Source: Candidatus Latescibacterota bacterium
Lineage (GTDB): Bacteria > Latescibacterota > UBA2968 > GCA-2709665
Direction of reading: 5' to 3'
Assembly: GCA_965222075.1 (NCBI GenBank)
Contig: OZ244937.1
Location: 2,112,001-2,176,000, forward strand
DNA length: 64,000 nt
Made by a program: the position numbers and the translations under genes. Shown piece after piece: positions 47,117 to 56,956 of this stretch. The notes under the pieces were generated by a model that did not search any database, was not told the origin of the DNA, and saw only the letters and a list, made by a program, of their open reading frames with translations. Numbering within the stretch: position 1 is the stretch's first letter; each line of letters opens with the position of its first letter.

Positions 47117-49858
47117 ATGACATACGAAAGATTCGGCATCTTGATGTTGCTCTTTGCGGCGACCCTATTTGCAGGTTGTTCGTCGAACCAGCCGCCCGAC
47201 GTGCAGGCCGGTCCCGATCAGTCGGTTGACGTCGGGGACAAAGTGACGCTGCGTGGGAGCGCGTCAGATTCGGACGGTCAGATTCGGTCCTATCGTTGGG
47301 AACAGGTAGACGGTTCTCCCGTGTCAATCATCAACGCGGACCAGGCATCCGCATCCTTTGTCGCACCCAGAGTCAAAGGCTCCCAGGTGGCGACGTTTCG
47401 CCTGACCGCGGTAGATGACAAGGATGCGACTGCAACCGATGATGTGGTCGTGACAATAGTGGGTAAGCCAAACCAGCCCCCCAACGCACAGGCCGGTCCC
47501 GATCAGACGGTTGACGCGGGCGAAAGGGTGAGGCTGCGCGGACGTGCGTCGGACCCGGACGGTGTGGTTCGGACCTATCGTTGGGAACAGGTAGACGGTT
47601 CTCCCGTGTCAATCATCAACGCGGACCAGGCATCCGCATCCTTTGTCGCGCCCGAAGTCAAAGGTTCCCAGGTGGCGACGTTTCGCCTGACGGCTACGGA
47701 CGACAACAACGCCACCGCATCCGATGACGTGGTCGTAAAGGTATTGGAATACGGCCGACTGGGAGTTACCCTTTCCGGAACCGTCAAAAACCACTCGACA
47801 TACAAAAGCATTCCGGGGGCATCCATTACCGTGAGCCAATACCACGGCGACATCTCACGAAAAGTGGGCGTAGCCAAAACGAGCAGGGATGGCAGATACT
47901 CGGTTCGGGTGCGCGTCAGTCCGGGCAGGTTGACCGTCAGCGCGAACGCCAAAGGCTTCGCGCCCCAATCCACTATCGTTGACGTATCCGATGGATCCGG
48001 AAGAACGGCTGATCTGGCCATGGTGCCGGTCGATGTCACACAGCCATTCCGACCGGAGAACAATACGGCGATAAAGGTGACGGGTCAGACGGTCGTATCG
48101 CTGTCGGCCAGAGCCCTGGTTACAGACGGCGGTGGTGTCGCGTCCGGCGAGGCGACGGCGATGGTCACCGTGTTGGACGCTTCGAGGGATCCCTCGGTGA
48201 TGCCGGGCGATCTTGAACAGTGGAATGCCGGTTCGGAAGCGGCAGAGCCAATTGAGTCGTTTGGCGCGATGAACGTGGACTTCACGGGAGCAGATGGTAA
48301 GCGCCTGAATCTTGGAGACGGGAAACAGGCGAGGATATCGATTCCCCTGGCCTCGGGACGGCGCCCTGAGGATTCCCCCAAATCAATGCCGTTGTATTAC
48401 TGGTCCGATGCAACGGGTTATTGGGTTGAGGAAGGCACGGCCGTGCTGGAAAAGACCGCAGATGGCAAATGGGCCTATACGGGAAGCGTGGGACATTTTT
48501 CGACGTGGAATGCGGACGTGGCGTATGAGTCGATAACAATGAAGGGATGTGTGCAGGACCGGAGCGGGAAGCCGGTGAAGAATGCAGATGTGACTGCGCG
48601 AGGGAAGGACTACGTGGGGAGTTCCAAAGCAACGACCGATGCCGATGGGCGATTCGAGCTCGAGGCCCGACCGGAATCGGAACTCGAGCTTTTCGCCGCC
48701 GCTGCCGGCCCTGTCTATAGCGACGCGCGGACAATGCGTACCAAGGGCGTTGATCTACCGCTGAGCAAATGCCTCGTCGTCACCGGCGACCAGGGCATCC
48801 GGGACTTTCCAATGAAAATCAAGGGCGCGACGGGGAGCCTCAAGGTTTGCGTCCGGGATCACGAATGCGAAGATGGGGATGAGATCAGCGTCGACGTGGA
48901 AGGGAGGACCATATTCTCCGGAGAAATTGACAATGGCTGGGAGTGCGAAACGCTGGAGGTCCGGGGAGGAGAGAGCTATGCCGTGCAGCTGACGGCCCTC
49001 AACGGTACGGGGTACAAGGGCGACTGCAGCTACGCGGACGCAAACACGGGCGAGATCCGCGTTACCGGAGAGAATACGGAAACGCAGATATGGCGACATC
49101 GCGGCGGCGCCGGGTCGAAAGCGCGAATCATCGTCGAAACAACCAGGCCGCGGTTCCCGATACCGGAGATGGTGGAGATTCCAGCGGGCCGTTTCCGGAT
49201 GGGCTGTGTGTCGGGTAGAGACTGCGGACATGGCGAGAAACCTGTGCATAGTGTGAGGATTGAGTCGTTCGAGATGTCGAAGTACGAGGTGACCTTCGAG
49301 GAGTACGATGCCTTCACGGATGCGACGGGTCGCGAGCGGGTGCGCGACCAGGGTTGGGGCCGTGGCCGACGTCCCATAATCAACGTTTCGTGGCATGATG
49401 CAGTGGCCTATACGCAGTGGCTGTCGTCGCAGACAGGGGAGAGGTATCGCTTGCCGAGCGAGGCTGAGTGGGAATATGCCGCGCGTGCCGGCTCAACGAC
49501 GAAATATAGCTGGGGGAACGACATTGGTCGCAACCGTGCCAATTGCGATGGTTGCGGCAGCCGATGGGACGATGAGAAGACGGCGCCGGTGGGGTCGTTT
49601 AGAGCGAACCGATGGGGCCTTTACGACGTGCACGGGAACGTATGGGAGTGGGTGAAGGACTGCTATAACGACAGTTACAGGGGGGCACCCACAGACGGGT
49701 CGGCGTGGGAAAGCGGCGATTGCTCGCGTCGCGTGTTGCGCGGCGGCTCGTGGGGCAGCCTACCCAGGTACCTCCGCGCCGCGAACCGCTACGGGAGCAC
49801 CACCGACAGCCGGTACGACAGCTACGGTTTCCGTATTGCCCGGACGGTTACCCCTTGA
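47117..49858 (+). CDS. Lipoprotein with two PKD-like repeats, carboxypeptidase-regulatory-like domains and C-terminal FGE-sulfatase (CLec-fold) domain
   Basis: Lipobox LFAGC, NQPP..AGPDQ repeats with 95-aa period, PEMVEIPAGRFRMG, RLPSEAEWEYAARAG, GNVWEW, RGGSW...GFR. Confidence 0.88.
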   Translation: MTYERFGILMLLFAATLFAGCSSNQPPDVQAGPDQSVDVGDKVTLRGSASDSDGQIRSYRWEQVDGSPVSIINADQASASFVAPRVKGSQVATFRLTAVDDKDATATDDVVVTIVGKPNQPPNAQAGPDQTVDAGERVRLRGRASDPDGVVRTYRWEQVDGSPVSIINADQASASFVAPEVKGSQVATFRLTATDDNNATASDDVVVKVLEYGRLGVTLSGTVKNHSTYKSIPGASITVSQYHGDISRKVGVAKTSRDGRYSVRVRVSPGRLTVSANAKGFAPQSTIVDVSDGSGRTADLAMVPVDVTQPFRPENNTAIKVTGQTVVSLSARALVTDGGGVASGEATAMVTVLDASRDPSVMPGDLEQWNAGSEAAEPIESFGAMNVDFTGADGKRLNLGDGKQARISIPLASGRRPEDSPKSMPLYYWSDATGYWVEEGTAVLEKTADGKWAYTGSVGHFSTWNADVAYESITMKGCVQDRSGKPVKNADVTARGKDYVGSSKATTDADGRFELEARPESELELFAAAAGPVYSDARTMRTKGVDLPLSKCLVVTGDQGIRDFPMKIKGATGSLKVCVRDHECEDGDEISVDVEGRTIFSGEIDNGWECETLEVRGGESYAVQLTALNGTGYKGDCSYADANTGEIRVTGENTETQIWRHRGGAGSKARIIVETTRPRFPIPEMVEIPAGRFRMGCVSGRDCGHGEKPVHSVRIESFEMSKYEVTFEEYDAFTDATGRERVRDQGWGRGRRPIINVSWHDAVAYTQWLSSQTGERYRLPSEAEWEYAARAGSTTKYSWGNDIGRNRANCDGCGSRWDDEKTAPVGSFRANRWGLYDVHGNVWEWVKDCYNDSYRGAPTDGSAWESGDCSRRVLRGGSWGSLPRYLRAANRYGSTTDSRYDSYGFRIARTVTP

Positions 49859-50255
49859 ATCTTTACCTCACGGGTTAAAGCGCCCCACAGGTGTTATCGC
49901 CTGCCTGTTACAGATCGCCACACAGTAGTCTCATCTGCACAGGCAAGAGTCAAGATCCCCGAGAATGTCCGAACCATGATTGACACAGCCGTCCTCCACG
50001 CCGCGTCAGTCACAAGCGTAACCCCTCCTGCTGGCTGTTCGGGAATCGTACAGAACCCCTGAGCGCATCCCCCCACCTTTGCTCAGTGAACCAAACGGTC
50101 GGCAACGTCACAACCACCGGCTACTCTCTACCGTTTTCTCTAAAATCAGTTCTATCGGTCATCTCCAGTTCTACTTTCTGCCCAATATACTACATTAAAC
50201 TCGGTCGGAGGGAAAGTTGTCTCACGTTATATTGGCACGTAGGGCTTGACGGTAA

Positions 50256-50504
50256 GCAGATGACGAAAGGACCTCATCATACGGAGGATACTACCTGCAA
50301 CTGGTTGAGCAGGTTGGCCCCCGCCGCTTCGAGGACAGGACCGCACAGTTACTTCATCAGAATGAAGACGAAGAAGCGGATTGGATCGTCTGGATCCGTA
50401 TGTGCGATTGCGATGCCGATGACGACGTGGATATCGTGGTTGACGATGCCGCCAGAAACCTGATCTGGAAGAATGACGGCACCGGCACGTTTCACTCGCG
50501 GTAA
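50256..50504 (+). pseudogene. 3' remnant of an FG-GAP/VCBS-repeat protein gene
   Basis: Open frame lacking an upstream start (in-frame TAA at 50253): YGGYYLQLVEQ...DCDADDDVDIVVD...LIWKNDGTGTFHSR-stop. Confidence 0.6.
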
Positions 50505-50517
50505 GCGCGGAACCCGA
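50458..50517 (+). repeat. 60-bp direct repeat, copy 1
   Basis: 55/60 identical to 53223-53282. Confidence 0.9.
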
Positions 50518-50700
50518 ACACGGACCGGGTGGGGCAGTGGCGAACTGACTGAAATTACCACGGTTTTGCCGCCGCTCGACAAGGCTCCGGACGAGTTAGC
50601 GCTTCGACGTCCGAGTGTTTCACTCGAGGAAGACGGGGAGGATAAATCTTGCAGGAACGAGACACAGGAAATTCATCCGTTTGGTCACTCGGAGGAATTC

Positions 50701-51690
50701 ATGAATAGGGGAATGGCTACGACTGCCCTGGTCGTGACCTTGTTATGTCCATCGGCCATAGTTGAATCAAGGCCCGTCACGAGTCCCGACTTCGATGGCG
50801 ATGGTATGGTCGGTTTCAGCGATTTTGTACAGTTTGCCGGCGTGTTCGGGTCGACTCTCGGAGATGGGAGGTACCAGGCGAAGTACGATCTCGACCGTGA
50901 TGGCATGGTCGGGTTTTCGGATTTTGTAGTCTTCGCCGAAGATTTCGGAAAATCGGCCAATCAAGGGACGAATCCCCTGCCCATCATCGAGGCTTTCTGC
51001 GGTGAGGAGGATCTTCTGAAAAGCGCTGGTTTCGTGTATACAAACAACATGTGGGGAAAAGGAGAAATCACGGATTATGAACAATGTCTGCTGAAATGCG
51101 TCGATGGCGCCGGCACGGTTTATGGCTGGCGGTGGCCGTTGGGAAATAGCAACGTAAAAGCGTATCCGGAAGTGATATTCGGCCACAAGCCGTTGGGACA
51201 CCCGCCGGTGCCTCCAACCGTGTCGGACCTCCCGAAGCGCATATCGGACATCAATCGTCTGCAGGTGAGCTATGACGTAGAAATGACCGCCCGGGGGCTT
51301 TACAACCTCGCTTTTGAGATGTGGGTGACGAGCGACAATCCCCCAACCACGGACAACATCACCCACGAAATCATGATCTGGGTGGATCGGACAATTGCGC
51401 CGGCTACGTCTGATTTTCTGGTGGCTGAAGTCGAGATCGACGGCGTTACGTATGATCTCTATTATGTCGTTTCGGGGAATCCGGCAGCGGGACAAGACAG
51501 ATACATCGCGTTTTCAAGTCGAATACGGCAGCTGAGCGGCACCCTCGATTTCAGGAAGTTTCTCGATTATCTGATTGCTCACGATTATCTTCCCACGGAT
51601 CAATATGTCACGTCCGTCGAACTTGGAAATGAGGTCATAGAGGGCGTCGGGGAAACGTGGCTTAAACGCTACGAAGTAATCGTCAATTAG
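50701..51690 (+). CDS. Glycoside hydrolase family 12-like protein with N-terminal dockerin-like repeat
   Basis: Signal peptide, DFDGDGMVGFSDFV twice, NNMWG, VKAYP, YNLAFEMW, HEIMIW, SVELGNEV. Confidence 0.85.
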   Translation: MNRGMATTALVVTLLCPSAIVESRPVTSPDFDGDGMVGFSDFVQFAGVFGSTLGDGRYQAKYDLDRDGMVGFSDFVVFAEDFGKSANQGTNPLPIIEAFCGEEDLLKSAGFVYTNNMWGKGEITDYEQCLLKCVDGAGTVYGWRWPLGNSNVKAYPEVIFGHKPLGHPPVPPTVSDLPKRISDINRLQVSYDVEMTARGLYNLAFEMWVTSDNPPTTDNITHEIMIWVDRTIAPATSDFLVAEVEIDGVTYDLYYVVSGNPAAGQDRYIAFSSRIRQLSGTLDFRKFLDYLIAHDYLPTDQYVTSVELGNEVIEGVGETWLKRYEVIVN

Positions 51691-51857
51691 GATAGGAGGA
51701 ATTGAAGCGTATCGACGATGTTGTTTGAAATAAATCAGCCCTGCTGCGACAGGTGTTGACACAAGCCCGACAGAGTGCGATATTTCCCGCGTGCCAGGAA
51801 GCTCCGAGAATATCCACTCGAACAGCGGAGGATCGACCATGAGGAGGGGGTTCCCCA

Positions 51858-53072
51858 ATGAATGATCCTCAGAAGTATCGTGAAATGACTCTTGAATCCA
51901 GTCCATTCAGACCTGGACAACCTGTACCGATTGAATTCTTTGTCGGGCGCCTCCCCGAAATAGAGCGTCTGCGCGACATGGTCAAAGCCAGCACGCAAGG
52001 TCGCTTTAAGATCGGCTTTGTCAGTGGCGAACGAGGTATCGGCAAAAGCTCTCTCGCCGCTTTCGTTCGCCGCCTGGTTGAGCACGACCTCGACGTGGCG
52101 GGGTGTCACGTCTTCCTCGGAGGTGTTCAGGATCTCCAGGAGATGCTACGCCGAACCTTTGACCGCATCCTGAAAGAGAGTATCGACAAGCCCTGGCATC
52201 AACAACTCATAAACCTCTTTGGCGATCGCGTCAGCAAAGTGGGGCTCTTCGGTGTAACGCTTGAGTTAAATCTCGAAGAGAGGGACATGTTGGCCATGGA
52301 GCGCCACTTCGTGCCGTCAATGAGGCGGCTGCTAGACAGCTTCAAAGGACACAAGAAGTCGCTCTTTCTGATCCTCGACGACATCAATGGACTGGCCGGC
52401 TCGGAGGGTTTCGCCAATTGGCTCAAGAGCACCGTGGATGAGATCGCCACTTCTCAGCAGGAAATGCGCCTCTGCATACTCGTAGTCGGGCTTGAGGAGA
52501 GGCGTCAGGAACTGGTGGGGAAGCAATCGTCCTTGGCCCGCGTCTTCGAACTGATCGACATCGCTCCCTGGTCGGACGACGAGGTTCGCCGGTTCTACCG
52601 CGACTCATTCCGCGCCAGCGGAGCGAAGGTCTCCCAAGAGGGGCTGGAATTGCTGGCCCAGTTTACCGGAGGATTGCCGGTTCTGGCGCACGAAATCGGG
52701 GATGCGGTTTGGCGGACGGCTCGGGGACCGACCATCGAAAAGAACGAAATACTGGAAGGTATTTCTACGGCCGCTGAGGTCATCGGGCGGAAATTACTGA
52801 ACCCCCAGATACTCAGTGCCATCCGCAGTGAGAGCTATCACTCGATCTTCCGCAAAATGGCAGATAAGCCCAGAACCCACTTCCGGCGGGCGGAACTGCG
52901 AGAGCTCCTGACGGACGCGGAGAAAAAGGGCCTGGACAATTTCCTGCGCCGTATGACGAACCTGGGAGCGTTAGAGAAAGATCCCGAAATCAGAGGAGGA
53001 TACCGCTTTCCCAACCTTCTTCACGCTCTGTACTTCTGGATGGAATCCCAACGCAGGCGACGTGAGCAATAG
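51858..53072 (+). CDS. Stand-alone P-loop ATPase (archaeal-ATPase/AAA_16-like) with probable C-terminal winged helix
   Basis: SPFRPG, FVGRLPEI, GERGIGKSS, LILDD, TGGLP. TTGACA-17-GATATT promoter at 51756-51784. Confidence 0.82.
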   Translation: MNDPQKYREMTLESSPFRPGQPVPIEFFVGRLPEIERLRDMVKASTQGRFKIGFVSGERGIGKSSLAAFVRRLVEHDLDVAGCHVFLGGVQDLQEMLRRTFDRILKESIDKPWHQQLINLFGDRVSKVGLFGVTLELNLEERDMLAMERHFVPSMRRLLDSFKGHKKSLFLILDDINGLAGSEGFANWLKSTVDEIATSQQEMRLCILVVGLEERRQELVGKQSSLARVFELIDIAPWSDDEVRRFYRDSFRASGAKVSQEGLELLAQFTGGLPVLAHEIGDAVWRTARGPTIEKNEILEGISTAAEVIGRKLLNPQILSAIRSESYHSIFRKMADKPRTHFRRAELRELLTDAEKKGLDNFLRRMTNLGALEKDPEIRGGYRFPNLLHALYFWMESQRRRREQ

Positions 53073-53222
53073 AGCACTGCTCCAGGGACTCTCCCGCAAC
53101 AAGACCGTGGTGGTCGCATGGTACGGCACCATCGTTGAAATTTTTTGACCTACTCATGCCGTTCCGGCCCACGCAGGAGTACAGACGTTATCCTGTGCGT
53201 GATTTTCTGGTGGCAAGCCCGG

Positions 53223-53282
53223 ACCTGATCTAACAGAATGACGGCACCGGCACGTTTCACCCGCGGTAAGCGCGGAAGCCGA
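53223..53282 (+). repeat. 60-bp direct repeat, copy 2
   Basis: 55/60 identical to 50458-50517. Confidence 0.9.
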
Positions 53283-53301
53283 GTGGTCATGGCGGGTTTT
53301 T

Positions 53302-53329
53302 GTAGGGGCGGTTCGCGAACCGCCCCTAC
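53302..53329. repeat. GTAG-family REP palindrome
   Basis: GTAGGGGCGGTTCGCGAACCGCCCCTAC, a perfect 28-bp palindrome. Confidence 0.8.
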
Positions 53330-53483
53330 GGCACCCGATTCCGCCCATTTGTTAACATATTTTTAACATTTGCGAAATCTCACCGAAACAAAGACCGGGT
53401 ATATTTGGCGCCATTCCGGACGAGACGCGATCCGGAACCCCAGGAATCCACGGCCTCAGATTTCCCTTGAAAGGAACAATACA

Positions 53484-54902
<1,419 letters not shown>

Positions 54903-54925
54903 CGCGCAAGGGGATAACATACGCT

Positions 54926-54971
54926 AAAAAAAAAGACAGGGAGGATATCGCCTGCCCCCCTGTCTTTTTTT
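54926..54971. terminator. Bidirectional terminator between convergent genes
   Basis: A-run-GACAGGG ... CCCTGTC-T-run. Confidence 0.8.
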
Positions 54972-55006
54972 GCGCTCACCACATGCCTGCCTCTCCTGAC
55001 CCCTGA

Positions 55007-55747
55007 TTATTCCTCCCTTGCCAGCCGAAATCCGATGCAGTGGAACCGCCGCGCGGGCGTATACCCGTACCGAAACCCCGACCGCACCGCCCGGGCCAGG
55101 CTTGAATACCCGCTGCCCCGGAGCACCCGGATCGTCCCCTTCTCCGGCCCCGTCGGATCGGTCTGGGCCTCCTTCGGATACTGACCATGCCAGTCCTGCA
55201 CCCACTCCCACACATTCCCGTGCATATCATACAGCCCCCACGGATTCGGCTGTTTGGTCCCTACCGAATGGGCGTATTGCACGCCCGCTTCCCAGGCATT
55301 GTCCCGATACCAGGCGTAGTCACCCACCTGGCTTTCATCCTCTCCAAACGACCACGGGGTCGTCGTCCCCGCACGGCAGGCGTACTCCCACTCCGCCTCC
55401 GAGGGCAACCGGCAGGTCCCCTCACTCGCCCCGTTCACCCGCCCGATGAATTCCTGTGCGTCCTCCCAGGACACGTACACCGCCGGATGGTCCGGGTTCT
55501 CTAACACAAAGTCCTGTTTTTCCCAGGGACGGGCGCCCATAACCTGCGCCCACTGCGCCTGCGTCACCGCATACTTCCCCAGGTAGAACCCCCGGCTGAT
55601 CCTCACCTCATGCTGCGGCCCCTCGTCCTCCCACCGCCCCACTTCCGACTCCGCAGACCCCATCGTAAACGTCCCCGGCTCGACCCACACCATCTCGATG
55701 GTCGCCCCGCCGGGAAGGGTGAACGTCTTTCCTGCGTCATCCGACAT
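55007..55747 (-). CDS. Formylglycine-generating enzyme family (FGE-sulfatase) protein
   Basis: GTFTMGS, RLPSEAEWEYACRAG, GLYDMHGNVWEW, IGFRLA. Confidence 0.9.
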   Translation of the reverse strand: MSDDAGKTFTLPGGATIEMVWVEPGTFTMGSAESEVGRWEDEGPQHEVRISRGFYLGKYAVTQAQWAQVMGARPWEKQDFVLENPDHPAVYVSWEDAQEFIGRVNGASEGTCRLPSEAEWEYACRAGTTTPWSFGEDESQVGDYAWYRDNAWEAGVQYAHSVGTKQPNPWGLYDMHGNVWEWVQDWHGQYPKEAQTDPTGPEKGTIRVLRGSGYSSLARAVRSGFRYGYTPARRFHCIGFRLAREE

Positions 55748-56007
55748 ATCCGGTGCCTTTCAATATGTATGTATGGAGAACGAAATCGCAGGCAAACAAC
55801 AGGGAGAAATCATGCACAAGATTCGATCCGGTGTCAACAGGAAAAACCGGGCCGATTGATCTCCTCTGATGGGACTGTGGGAGGCCCTCCGGAAAGATCC
55901 CGCGTGGCATCTGTCACCTCCTCTAAGAACAGCCGCTTGGTCTCAGACATAAAAACTCCCGATCATCGGAAATGAGGCTGTCATTCAACCCTTTTTCAAA
56001 AAATAGA

Positions 56008-56036
56008 TTGACACATCTTGGGAATTAACCTATATT
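56008..56036 (+). promoter_or_regulatory. Sigma-70 promoter
   Basis: TTGACA-17-TATATT. Confidence 0.7.
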
Positions 56037-56075
56037 TTTTTGGCTCTTCTTCCCCCTCTAATTGAGGATAACACA

Positions 56076-56759
56076 ATGGCTTCAAACAGAGACTGGCAGC
56101 GCTTTTTCCGGATTCTGGGCACCCTCTTGCTGGCGGCTGCGTTCGTGGCCATCTTCCTGCCCTCCTACCGCAACCTCACCTTCCTCTTCCTGTACTCCAT
56201 TCCCGCCAATTCGGTCATCCCGGTCCCCCACGAGCCGGGTATAATCTTCTTGGGGCGGTTCTATCCCCCCCACCTCGTCGCCATCGTCGCTGCTGTGGGC
56301 ACCCTCATCGCCTGCTTTCTCGACTACCAGGCGGTCAACTTTGCCTTCCAGGCCAGGAAGTTCCGGAAGATCCGGGAAAGCGACGTCTACCAGGGGGCCG
56401 TCCACTACTTCCTCAAGGCCCCCTTTGCCTGCATCCTCACAGCCGCCTTTGCGCCCCCCATCCCCTTTTACATCTTTCGGGTGCTCAGTCCCACCAGTGG
56501 GTATCCCCTCAGGCGCTACATGCTGGCCGTCTTTCTGGGCCGCCTGCCCCGCTACTACCTCTTTGCGCTGATGGGAAGCGCCCTCAACCCTCCCGGACTC
56601 ATTCTCGTCGGCGGCGGCCTGCTGCTCCTCTGGGCCTTTCTCTACAGTAGCATCAAACGCCACCTGGCCGCCCGGGAAAGGGTGGTGCCTATCCCTGTTG
56701 AAACGCCTCACTCAGAAAGCCCAATTCCGCACATAAGCTTCACGAAAACCGTATCTTAG
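56076..56759 (+). CDS. DedA/VTT (SNARE-associated) membrane protein
   Basis: Hydrophobic, PVPHEP, PIPFY..R, GRLPRY. Confidence 0.78.
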   Translation: MASNRDWQRFFRILGTLLLAAAFVAIFLPSYRNLTFLFLYSIPANSVIPVPHEPGIIFLGRFYPPHLVAIVAAVGTLIACFLDYQAVNFAFQARKFRKIRESDVYQGAVHYFLKAPFACILTAAFAPPIPFYIFRVLSPTSGYPLRRYMLAVFLGRLPRYYLFALMGSALNPPGLILVGGGLLLLWAFLYSSIKRHLAARERVVPIPVETPHSESPIPHISFTKTVS

Positions 56760-56956
56760 TCTTTTCTCGCACGCTTCCTGAACAAGTAAAGTTCTCGTCC
56801 AAACGAACAGGGCGGCCCCGGTAAGGAGGCCGCCCTGAATGGTTCCCGGGCGCCGCGCGAAGACCGCTGGGGGTTTTAAGACAGTTGTCATGCTCCCTTT
56901 GGAGCACCCATTAGGATGAAAATAAAGCCTATTTTCTAAGCAGCTTCTAAGGGAGA

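Noticed and set aside
49860-50250. DGR template repeat or reverse transcriptase next to the FGE gene
   Set aside because: No AAC-rich copy of the variable region and no RT ORF was found in the window.
50232-50250. TGGCACG as a sigma-54 promoter
   Set aside because: No TTGC at the required spacing.
53228-53300. ATCTAAC as the start of an integron attC site
   Set aside because: No complementary GTTAGAT end, no attC-like hairpin, and no integron integrase.
55007-55130. Second FGE gene as a DGR target
   Set aside because: Its C-terminal codons (TAT, TCA, CTG, TTT, ACG) are not AAC-derived NNC, and the GGSW motif is degenerate.
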